The notes beneath the pieces are model-generated. The model ran no database searches. It worked only from the letters and a program-made list of their open reading frames with translations, and had not been told where the DNA came from. Shown piece by piece: positions 55,646 through 64,000 of a stretch of DNA of 64,000 bases; position 1 is the first letter of the stretch; each line of letters opens with the position of its first letter. Position numbers and translations under genes: made by a program. The stretch comes from an uncultured Rivularia sp. Its GTDB lineage: Bacteria; Cyanobacteriota; Cyanobacteriia; Cyanobacteriales; Nostocaceae. Location of the stretch: positions 8,000,001-8,064,000 of the forward strand of contig OY762007.1 of NCBI GenBank assembly GCA_963665115.1, in the 5' to 3' direction.

Positions 55646-56836
55646 ATGACTAACCAGCCACCTCCCAATCCCGGTTCGTCTTCAGACGATGATTTGGGCT
55701 TTGACGATTTTATAGGTGTACTAGTTGCTTTTTTAACTATCGGTACGGTTCTTTTTTGGTCGCTTTCTCGAAAGGAGACTAACTGGAATTTTGCGAACTT
55801 GTCGTCAATAGCTCCCGATGGAGAAAAGGTACCATTAAGATCCGATAAAGATAATAATTTGAACGATCTAACGGCTTTGTTGGTTCCTTCCTCAGAGCCT
55901 AATAACAATCTGAAATATCCTCAACCAGTTACTGAAGCTGAACCAAGACGAAGAAATCCAGTTTTATTCGAGAGCAGAACAGATAACGCGGTAATTCCGC
56001 CATTGCTGGTACCGCCTGTGAGAAATGTGCCACCAGATTATGACAAAGTAACTGGGGATAATTCTAATAATGCAGGGGTAATAGCTAATGATAAGCTTAA
56101 GCCCATCGAAACACCAGTAGTAGTTGATAAGCCTACTCCCACAGTTACACCAACTCCAACACAGGCTGCAACACCAACACAGACTCCTACACCAACACTT
56201 ACACCTACCCCAGAAAAACCACCGACTATTCCACCGCCGAAAGCTTTTGATGATGTAGATGCTAATTCTTGGGCAAAGCCTTTTATAGACACACTGTCAT
56301 CCCGGAATTTCATCACAGGGTATGAAAATAATACTTTTAGACCGGAAAATCCTGTAACCCGTGCCGAGTTTGCGGCGATAATTGACGAAGCATTTAAAAC
56401 TGACCTTACTAATAGCAATAGAACTTTTGCGGATGTACCTAATAATTTTTGGGCACAAAAGCAAATTAAAAATGCCGTTGATAAAAAATTCATGAAAGGC
56501 TATGACGCAAATACGTTTAAGCCAGACCAGAGGATTCCGCGAGTACAAGTTATAGCAGCCTTAGTTAGCGGACTTGATAAAACTTTAAGAACTCCTCCTG
56601 GTTCCCCAGATAAAGTTCTAAACATCTATAAAGATGCCGACCAAATTCCCGGATGGGCAAGAGAACAAGTTGCAATCGCTACGGTTAATGGTTTAATTGT
56701 GAATTATCCAGATCGTAATTTGTTCAAACCTAATGCTGAAGCTACACGTGAAGAGGTAACGGCAATGATTCACCAAGCTTTAGTAAAAATGGATAAAGTC
56801 GAACCGATCAAATCGCAGTATGTGATAAATCAGTAG
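55646..56836 (+). CDS. Membrane-anchored S-layer homology (SLH) domain protein
   Basis: N-terminal TM, PT-rich linker, three SLH repeats (FRPENPVTRAEF, FKPDQRIPRVQ, FKPNAEATREE). Confidence 0.9.
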   Translation: MTNQPPPNPGSSSDDDLGFDDFIGVLVAFLTIGTVLFWSLSRKETNWNFANLSSIAPDGEKVPLRSDKDNNLNDLTALLVPSSEPNNNLKYPQPVTEAEPRRRNPVLFESRTDNAVIPPLLVPPVRNVPPDYDKVTGDNSNNAGVIANDKLKPIETPVVVDKPTPTVTPTPTQAATPTQTPTPTLTPTPEKPPTIPPPKAFDDVDANSWAKPFIDTLSSRNFITGYENNTFRPENPVTRAEFAAIIDEAFKTDLTNSNRTFADVPNNFWAQKQIKNAVDKKFMKGYDANTFKPDQRIPRVQVIAALVSGLDKTLRTPPGSPDKVLNIYKDADQIPGWAREQVAIATVNGLIVNYPDRNLFKPNAEATREEVTAMIHQALVKMDKVEPIKSQYVINQ

Positions 56837-57520
56837 TACTTAACCATATTAGTTATGAGGGGTATCCAGGAGTGCGAGCCGGAAAGCTTGCTGATTGTAA
56901 CGAGGGAGCGAGACGCTCCCACTACGAATGTTTTACCAGGCAAAATTAATGTGCCGTAGTAGTAGTAGTTGATTGCATAAATTCTGAGGGGTACGTTTTC
57001 GACCTAACGTCGGGAGACGTAGCACTGCTACGTCTCTACAACCCATTAAAACTAATGAAAAGGACTACTAGTGCCCAACCACGATAATTCTGCGGGGTTG
57101 CAGGAGTGCGAGCCGGAAAGCTCGCTGGTTGTCACGAGGGAGCGAGACGCTCCCACTACATTTTGATTACCCCGCAAGATTAATGTGGTGGAGTACTAGT
57201 AGTAGTCCATCTCATTAAATATGATGGGTTTTCTTACACATCCGCTCGGGGTTTGCAACCCCGAGCTAAAAGCGGAAGTCCTATAAATAGGACTAAAATA
57301 CAAACCATCAAAACTAATGAGAAGGATTAGTTGTACTTCACCACATTAATTTTGATGAGTAATACTCAGTTCTATTTATAGGAATGCCAGCTATAAGACA
57401 GGGACTTGCAGTCCCTAGCGGATTGAATGCACACCCCGCAAAACTAATGTGGTTGAATATTATGATTTCACTACATAAGTTTTGCTGAATAATAAAGGTT
57501 CGTAGTCGGCGCTTTAGCGC
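56834..57520. mobile_element. Tandem array B of five MITE-like cassettes plus a degenerate sixth
   Basis: Cassettes 56834-56964, 56963-57070, 57069-57198, 57200-57332, 57331-57462, each bounded by the same 30-bp arms as array A. Confidence 0.78.
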
Positions 57521-57675
57521 TCCTATTTATGACGGGCATTCCTTAGTGCGAACCCATTTTTATCACTAACTAAGTAATTAAACAAAATGCAGACCGTCTG
57601 GTCTGCACAACAAATTTACGTACATGAAAATGCTCTGTATCGTATCAGCCGTATTAGATGGCTAATTACTTGCTT

Positions 57676-58116
57676 TTAAGCATCTTTGCCAACTACTTGT
57701 GTTTTAAGGGTTGTGATTTCACTAGTCAACTCATTACGAGTGGAGGCTTTGAGTAAGTAGCGGTAGATAAACCAGGCAGAATAGCCAATACCAATCAATT
57801 CAAAGGTTGGTGCTACTAAAGGAACATCGTTTAATGCATCCAAGATAGATAGTACTACTCTAACTGCTATTAAGGCACCTATACCTATACCAAGGTAGAT
57901 AAAAAGCTGCTTGTACTTATTGAAGAAAGTACCTGCGTAATCTGTGAAATTACTTAAGTAGCTTGAAAGTTGCTCTCCGTATTTCAGCCATTGCTCTTGA
58001 GATTGTGTGGAAGGCTGAATTTTGGTTATAGTTCCAGTAGGACTGTTCATTTCTGGCACTTTTGTTTCTGAGGTTTGAGTTTCCACGGTTTCAGGTTCCT
58101 GCATTGGGGCTTCCAT
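57676..58116 (-). CDS. CAAD-domain (CurT-like) thylakoid membrane protein
   Basis: Two TM helices with ILDALNDVPLVAPTFELIGIGYSAWFIYRYLL motif. Confidence 0.88.
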   Translation of the reverse strand: MEAPMQEPETVETQTSETKVPEMNSPTGTITKIQPSTQSQEQWLKYGEQLSSYLSNFTDYAGTFFNKYKQLFIYLGIGIGALIAVRVVLSILDALNDVPLVAPTFELIGIGYSAWFIYRYLLKASTRNELTSEITTLKTQVVGKDA

Positions 58117-58656
58117 AATGGTAGTACTTGTTTTAATTGTTCTGGAGACAGTTACAACTGTTATGTTGTTTGGGTAGGCATTACCGCTTTTTCAGGCAAA
58201 GCTAGTTTGTTGCTTTTCCCAATTGTCCTTTAACCGCGACTTCATCAAATGCTATATGTTGAAATTTTGAAGACACCGGTTATCAGTCAGAAGCGAGCAG
58301 AACATAATATTTCCAGAACCTTGGACTTCTTAGTTGAAGGAACTAGAATCCCAAAAACGGTAATTGTATCCTGCGCTTACAAGTTGCTAATAATAATAGC
58401 CATTTAAGTACGGATTGTGCAAAAATCTGTTAAGTTTTTAGTTTTTATATGAATTAAACGGGTAGCGATGCCTTTACCACAAGAAAATTTTTGATGATTT
58501 ACCTTTATTTTTTGGAACTTGAGGTGCTAAGAAACCTGGTTTGTTAAGAAAAACCGAGTTTTTTAATTGTCGCTCCGGGATTTAGGAGTACTTCGCGTTA
58601 CAATTACTGTCTAAAACAGGGGGAGAAGCTCGCGTCATCTCCTATCACATTTAATA

Positions 58657-58920
58657 ATGAGCAAAAAATCTTCACAAAAGCGATTATTAATTTGTACTTT
58701 TCTAGCGTTAGCATCAGGCTTTTTTGGCGGTTACATTGGCGGACAAATCAGTATGCAAGCCCACAGTCAAAACTGTCAGAATCAACGCTGGGACTTATTT
58801 AAAGCAGGTTGTAAAATTGCGATCGCGCCTGGTGCTATGTGGCAAGGTAGTACTACAGGTATTTGGACTGGAAGCGTGTTAGGAGCTTTTTTTGGAGGCT
58901 TAGTAACGCGGAAGGATTGA
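58657..58920 (+). CDS. Small membrane protein with Gly-zipper-like helices
   Basis: 87 aa, GFFGGYIGG and GIWTGSVLGAFFGG segments. Confidence 0.65.
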   Translation: MSKKSSQKRLLICTFLALASGFFGGYIGGQISMQAHSQNCQNQRWDLFKAGCKIAIAPGAMWQGSTTGIWTGSVLGAFFGGLVTRKD

Positions 58921-59023
58921 ACAGTTAACAGTGAGCAGTTAACTGTTAGGAGGCGCGGAGTTATTAAGTTTGAATTTCCCTCCGTCTCCTCTTGTCCCCC
59001 CATCTCCCCATTCCCCCATCTCT

Positions 59024-59404
59024 TTAACCTAACCGATGAGGGGTTTGTAAGCTATTCCAGTTGTGCCAAGAATTGCTATTAGTATCAAAACATTGCCACG
59101 AACCGTTATTTGATTCTTGATAACAGAATAAGCTACGTTCGCTGGCGTAGAGGTCGTCGGTAAAATAGTATACGATGTCTCTAAAAGGATAGGTTTTGCG
59201 ACTTAAGCGTCTTGCTACAGCTTGGTTGGGACATTCGACAACAAACACTGGCTCGGAATCTATATATCCTAAAGAGAAGATACACATTCGTAAGATAGCT
59301 CGCAGCCAACTTTCGGAGTTTTCAAAACATTTATCAACAATTGTATTACTTAAAGCTCTTTCTAATTTACGGTTTTGTTTATCGGGAATACGATGCTCTG
59401 ACAT
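59024..59404 (-). CDS. Hypothetical protein
   Basis: 126-aa ATG ORF with plausible composition. Confidence 0.65.
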   Translation of the reverse strand: MSEHRIPDKQNRKLERALSNTIVDKCFENSESWLRAILRMCIFSLGYIDSEPVFVVECPNQAVARRLSRKTYPFRDIVYYFTDDLYASERSLFCYQESNNGSWQCFDTNSNSWHNWNSLQTPHRLG

Positions 59405-59573
59405 AGCTTCACCATACTGCTACAGCATTATTTCGAGATTAAACTATAAGCTTTATGAGTGACAAGCGCATACGCAAAATTACTGTTTCTAAATGTTCAA
59501 TTAGGGAATAGAGAATGGGGAACAGGGAGTAGGGAGTAGAAATATTAATTGATGATTGACACGCTCAGCTTGA

Positions 59574-59676
59574 TAAGCTGACGTGCAGCTAAATTGTATA
59601 AGGTAAAGAATTTGAACGATTGTAGTGCGGGCATCTTGCCCGCTTCTCATATACAAATTGAATACGCAACAGCTTA
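59574..59676. mobile_element. TA-flanked MITE-like element carrying a GTAG-REP hairpin
   Basis: TAAGCTGACGTGCAGCTAAATTGTATA ... TATACAAATTGAATACGCAACAGCTTA; internal GTAGTGCGGGCATCTTGCCCGC. Confidence 0.65.
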
Positions 59677-59751
59677 ACTGGTAACTGAGTAATTGATAAT
59701 TGATAACTGTTAACTGGTAAAATTCAATCACGTTAATAAAAATAATTTGCT

Positions 59752-60057
59752 ATGACTGCTGAAGCTAATCAAATGGATGCGTCAACTAAGGGTGCAGATG
59801 CTGTTGACGAAGCTATTGCCAAAGGTATTGATTTGGATGGTTCTACTATTGAACCCGAAAAGCTGGATTTATATAACAAAGTAATGGCTTTGGAGGGAAA
59901 TAGGCAGCGTAGTGGTGTAAAAAATACGATGAGATCCCGCATTGTTAGAATTGGGGCTAAACACCTAACCCAAAATGAACTCAATAAAATGCTCTCCGAA
60001 GCTGATTTTGTGCCTTTGAAGGAAAAGGAAATCGCTTTTTATTATGGTGGGAAGTAA
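59752..60057 (+). CDS. Conserved cyanobacterial small protein (DUF4090-like)
   Basis: GADAVDEAIAKGIDLDGS, RQRSGV.NTMRSRIVRIGAKH, LKEKEIAFYY. Confidence 0.8.
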   Translation: MTAEANQMDASTKGADAVDEAIAKGIDLDGSTIEPEKLDLYNKVMALEGNRQRSGVKNTMRSRIVRIGAKHLTQNELNKMLSEADFVPLKEKEIAFYYGGK

Positions 60058-60337
60058 GATACAGTTCACATCTTGCACCAATCTTAGAGACTTGGTTTCT
60101 TTTAGAATTATTTAACGAGAGAATTAATAAACCCGGTTTTTCAAAAAAAACCGGGTTTTTAAACAATATAGGAAGTATTCAAAATATTTTCCTGGGGTTC
60201 CCTGTTGCCCATAAGTACTTAGACGTTCATTTATTGTACAAAATTAATAAAGGCATACCCACAGATCAAAAAAATCACTGTTTTTGCGTAAAAGTTGTTG
60301 GTAAGGGAAGATACCACAATAGACTTTACCAAATTCA

Positions 60338-61018
60338 TTGATGAACAGTGATTCTCAGCAGATGGATAATGCTCTTAATCAACAATTAATTATGTTAATC
60401 GAGGAGATAAAGCAATATTCGGCTAATGATGATAGTGTAATTATCCGAGTTAAGCGACGGATAACTTTGAATAAGTTTGTCAACGCTATTTGCAATTCTG
60501 GACGATTAAGGAAGCAAACTAAATGGTTAGGATTGCCTAATTATGAAGATTACCATAATGAAGCGTTGCAGATAACTTTTATGGAAATATGCGACAAAAT
60601 TGAAGAATATAATCCACAATATCCTGTAATGGCTTGGGTAAATAAAATTTTTCAGTGGCGATTTATTGATGTTGTTAATAAAGAACGAAAAAAAGGACTT
60701 ACTAAGGTTCCTAAAGGAGAAAAAATAACTCCCGTTTTATCTTTGGATGATATTAATAGAAAGCTACCTACAATAGATGGGGTATCTCCAGAAGAACAGA
60801 TTAAAGAAATTGTTAATAAAGATCCGGAAAAGTATTTAATTAGCCAACAGTTGAGGGGTAATCCTCAAGCTAATTTAAAAGCAATTTTACTTTTTCTGTT
60901 AGAAGGCAAAAAATGGAAGGAAATTTCTCAAGAACTGGGTGTTCCTTTGACAACGGCTTCTAGTTTTTATCAACGTAGAATGCATAAAATAATCGACTAT
61001 CTAAAGAAGTATATATAG
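60338..61018 (+). CDS. Sigma-70-family (ECF-like) RNA polymerase sigma factor
   Basis: Region-2-like EALQITFMEICDKIEEYNP..VMAWVN..WRFID; region-4-like WKEISQELGVPLTTASSFYQR. Confidence 0.72.
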   Translation: MMNSDSQQMDNALNQQLIMLIEEIKQYSANDDSVIIRVKRRITLNKFVNAICNSGRLRKQTKWLGLPNYEDYHNEALQITFMEICDKIEEYNPQYPVMAWVNKIFQWRFIDVVNKERKKGLTKVPKGEKITPVLSLDDINRKLPTIDGVSPEEQIKEIVNKDPEKYLISQQLRGNPQANLKAILLFLLEGKKWKEISQELGVPLTTASSFYQRRMHKIIDYLKKYI

Positions 61019-61054
61019 AAGTAAATTCAGCCGCACCACCCAAATAATTGTATC

Positions 61055-61984
61055 ATGAATAGTACTACTCAAAAACTCAGCTTTACAGTGACCTTATCCT
61101 TTGAAGCTCACTCAATTGCTCAAGAATTAGTATCGAAAATATCGAATAAAGAAAAACGTCAGCAAATTTATTTAAATAGTTTAAGCGTTTATGCTGTAAA
61201 TAATTATTTGCAGTGTATGGAGTTTGAGACTGATTACTTAGAAGGTGACAGTCGAAATCTTTTAACTGTGCAGTTAATGAATGTTGCTGATTTAATTGTT
61301 AAAGGTATTGGTAAATTAGAATGTATTCCAGTTTTAACTGATACAGAAGTTGTAGAAATTCCGCCAGAAGTTTGGGAAGATAGAATTGGGTATGTTTTTG
61401 TAGAGTTAAATGATTCTCTTAAACAAGCAACAATTATAGGTTTTACCTCTGAAGCTAAAGCTCAAGTTGATTTAAATAAGTTAGAGTCTTTGGAAGATTT
61501 TCTAGGCTATTTAACTGAACTTGAAGTTGTTGAATCCAAACAAACAGAAAAAACATCTAATATTATTAATTTTAGAAATTGGTTAGATGGAATTGTTGAC
61601 GTTAATTGGCAAACAATTGATGAAATATTAAAGCCTCAACAGTTAGGGTTGGCTTTTAAAAATAAGATGAGCGTTATCAGAGGACAAAAAATTGATTTGG
61701 GAATGAATTTGAATAAAATTTCCGTCGCTCTGGTAATCAAAGTAATGTCGGAACATGAAACAGAAGAAATTGATATATTAACGCAAGTTTATCCAGTTGA
61801 AGAAGTCGCTTTACCGGAAGGAATTAAGTTAATTATCGGGGATGAAACCGGAGAAACATTAGAAGCTGTTTCTAGAGAAGATGATAATTGGATTCAATCG
61901 CACTTTACCGCTGAATCTGGGGAAAAATTTAATATTAGTGTTGTTTACGGTGATTCGGAGGTAAGGAAAGAATTTGAAGTTTGA
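61055..61984 (+). CDS. DUF1822 family protein
   Basis: QIYLNSLSVYAVNNYL, ADL..GIGKLECIPV, PEVWEDRIGYVFV, Ig-like C-terminus (QVYP..LPEG..DNWIQ..F..GEKF). Confidence 0.85.
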   Translation: MNSTTQKLSFTVTLSFEAHSIAQELVSKISNKEKRQQIYLNSLSVYAVNNYLQCMEFETDYLEGDSRNLLTVQLMNVADLIVKGIGKLECIPVLTDTEVVEIPPEVWEDRIGYVFVELNDSLKQATIIGFTSEAKAQVDLNKLESLEDFLGYLTELEVVESKQTEKTSNIINFRNWLDGIVDVNWQTIDEILKPQQLGLAFKNKMSVIRGQKIDLGMNLNKISVALVIKVMSEHETEEIDILTQVYPVEEVALPEGIKLIIGDETGETLEAVSREDDNWIQSHFTAESGEKFNISVVYGDSEVRKEFEV

Positions 61985-62096
61985 TTTAAGTTTTGGATTT
62001 TGGATTTGGAAATATATTTTTAATACATCATTAATCTAAAATCCTTTTTTTTATATTATCTTTTTTACAATTTTTTGGCTTCATTTTGGTTAGTTT

Positions 62097-62148
62097 GTAG
62101 AGACACTTTAGCGGAGCGTGCCCGGAGGGCATAATATCGCGTCTCTAC
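62097..62148. repeat. GTAGAGAC...GTCTCTAC REP-like palindrome interrupted by a short GC-rich repeat
   Basis: Internal AGCGGAGCGTGCCCGGAGGGCATA, related to sequence at ~24339-24383. Confidence 0.5.
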
Positions 62149-62263
62149 ATTTATGATTCATATCTGAATCGATCAAAATCATGTTTTTAGATAAATTTTG
62201 CGTAAAATATTGCCAAAACTACCGATAACAGAATATAGCTTCTGGATAGTTGCGGTGACACAC

Positions 62264-64000
62264 ATGAAAAAATTAGTTGTACTCAAACTGGATGGTGATT
62301 TTAATCAAGGGTTTAAGGTTAGTTTAGAAATCGGCGAGGATGGTAAACGAGCGGATGTCGAGTTAAGCGACAACAAATTAAAATTACCTCCCATTCCTAA
62401 GCTACCCGATATTTATCAAGAGTGGTGCAGGAGCTATCGTAGTTTAGACGGATATCGAATTAAAGCAAAAAAAGGTCATATATCTAATATTAAAATTTCG
62501 TCTTTGAAAGAAGATTGTCAAACGAAAGCTGATGAGATTAAGCTGAATTTTACAAACTGGTTAAAAGCTGATTCGTTTCTCAGAATAAAGGAAGAATGTT
62601 TAATACATTTATCTCCTGCTGATGAAATTCGGTTTATTATTCGTGCTACTGAATTTCAGTTAAGAAAACTTCCCTGGCATTTATGGGATTTGTTTGATAG
62701 TTATCCCGATGCTGAGATTGGTTTGAGTTGTTTTTCTAGTCGTCGTTTATCTAAAAGTTATCGCAATAAAGTCAGAATTTTAATTGTTTTAGGAAACAGC
62801 GAAGGAATTAATGTTGCTGAAGATGAGCAGCTGATAAAAGATTTTTGTAAAGATGCGGAATTAGTTGTTTTAACGGAACCTTCGATATTAGAATTAAACG
62901 AACATATTTGGGATGAGAAAGGCTGGGATATTCTTTTCTTTTCCGGGCATAGTCGTACAGAATTACAGCAAGGAATAATTTATCTAAATAGCGTCGATGG
63001 TTTAAAAATCGAAGAATTGAAGGAAAGTTTAAAAAAGGCTGTTAGGGGTGGCTTACAGTTAGCTTTTTTCAATTCTTGCGATGGTTTAGGAATTGCGGCT
63101 GAGTTGGAAAATTTGCATATTCCGCAAGTAATTGTGATGCGGGAACCAGTTCCAGATAAGGTTGCTAACCAGTTTTCAAAGTACTTTTTTCAAGAGTTTA
63201 CTGAAGGAAAATCTTTTTATAAGTCGGTGAATGTTGCTCGAAGAAAGTTGCAGGGATTAGAGAAAAAATATCCCTGTGCGAGTTGGTTGCCAGTAATCGT
63301 GCAGAATTTATTGGAAATACCTCCGACATGGCAAAATTTGGGTGCTATTAATAAGTGTCCGTATTTGGGTTTGGCTGCTTTCAAGGAAGAAGATGCAGCT
63401 AACTTTTTTGGTAGAGAATTTGTAACGCGACAGTTGGTTTCAGTGGTTAATAAAAAGCCATTTGTTGCGGTTGTCGGTGCTTCGGGAAGTGGAAAGTCAA
63501 GTTTGATTTTTGCAGGTTTGATTCCGCAATTGAAGCAGGATAAAAAACGCGATTGGTTGATTGTTGATTTTCGTCCAGGTAATAATCCTTTTGAATCTCT
63601 GGCGATTGGTTTATTACAAGGATTACCGCATTTAAAACCTCTCCTTATTAAGGATAATGGACTGGAATTGGAACCTCACCCTAGCCCTCTCCTTGTTAAG
63701 GAGAGGGAATTGGATTCTAATCAAAACCGTTTTACAGAGTTGCAATTAGAAGTTGAATTAAGAAGTGGTAATAAAAGTTTAAAAAATATTATTGAACCCT
63801 TTATTATTGGTAATCAAAAATTACATTTAGCAATAATTGTAGACCAATTTGAAGAACTTTTTACTTTATGCTCCGATACAGATTCTCGCCATCTTTTTAT
63901 TGATAATTTACTCAATTTAACTAATATTCCTGGCTGTCGTGTAATTATTACTTTGCGTGCTGATTTTTACGCGGAAGCTTTATCATATCGTCCTTTAGCT
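62264..64000 (+). CDS. CHAT-domain protease fused to an nSTAND1-like NTPase (truncated by window end; not in ORF track)
   Basis: MKKLVVLKLDGDF.., LPWHLWD, FFSGHS (His 62948), FNSCDG (Cys 63077), CPYLGLAAF..FFGRE, Walker A GASGSGKSS, IVDQFEELF, TLRADFY. Confidence 0.9.
   Translation, partial: MKKLVVLKLDGDFNQGFKVSLEIGEDGKRADVELSDNKLKLPPIPKLPDIYQEWCRSYRSLDGYRIKAKKGHISNIKISSLKEDCQTKADEIKLNFTNWLKADSFLRIKEECLIHLSPADEIRFIIRATEFQLRKLPWHLWDLFDSYPDAEIGLSCFSSRRLSKSYRNKVRILIVLGNSEGINVAEDEQLIKDFCKDAELVVLTEPSILELNEHIWDEKGWDILFFSGHSRTELQQGIIYLNSVDGLKIEELKESLKKAVRGGLQLAFFNSCDGLGIAAELENLHIPQVIVMREPVPDKVANQFSKYFFQEFTEGKSFYKSVNVARRKLQGLEKKYPCASWLPVIVQNLLEIPPTWQNLGAINKCPYLGLAAFKEEDAANFFGREFVTRQLVSVVNKKPFVAVVGASGSGKSSLIFAGLIPQLKQDKKRDWLIVDFRPGNNPFESLAIGLLQGLPHLKPLLIKDNGLELEPHPSPLLVKERELDSNQNRFTELQLEVELRSGNKSLKNIIEPFIIGNQKLHLAIIVDQFEELFTLCSDTDSRHLFIDNLLNLTNIPGCRVIITLRADFYAEALSYRPLA

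Overview
AT-rich chromosomal window from a filamentous, probably heterocystous (Nostocales-like) cyanobacterium. This is supported by many HIP1 GCGATCGC sites, heptameric STRR tracts and the hom-petH-prk-metK cluster. Core genes are ycf46, glgC, a DnaJ-class chaperone, two peroxiredoxin-family genes, glycogen debranching enzyme, tRNA-Met(CAT), a LysM/M23 peptidase, trmL, gshA, pcrA, metK, prk, petH and hom. Signalling genes are a PAS-GAF-GGDEF-EAL protein and two histidine kinases. The most interesting accessory loci are: (1) a sigma-70-like factor, DUF1822 protein and CHAT protease/STAND NTPase triad at the right edge, the last gene being absent from the ORF track; (2) a divergent ProA-like reductase coupled to a second, atypical glutamate-cysteine-ligase-like enzyme and a Zn alcohol dehydrogenase; (3) two head-to-tail arrays of ~108-131 bp cassettes with 30-bp inverted arms carrying different GTAG-REP-like cargo; (4) a cytoplasmic S8 protease followed by a stand-alone homologue of its own prodomain; (5) a TPR-CHAT operon whose membrane-protein gene is broken by an IS630 element and a nonsense codon. 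Four conserved genes (dnaJ-class, debranching enzyme, metK, petH) each carry one extra base in a short G/C run and are most likely assembly errors. All family calls come from motif recognition by eye; no searches were run.
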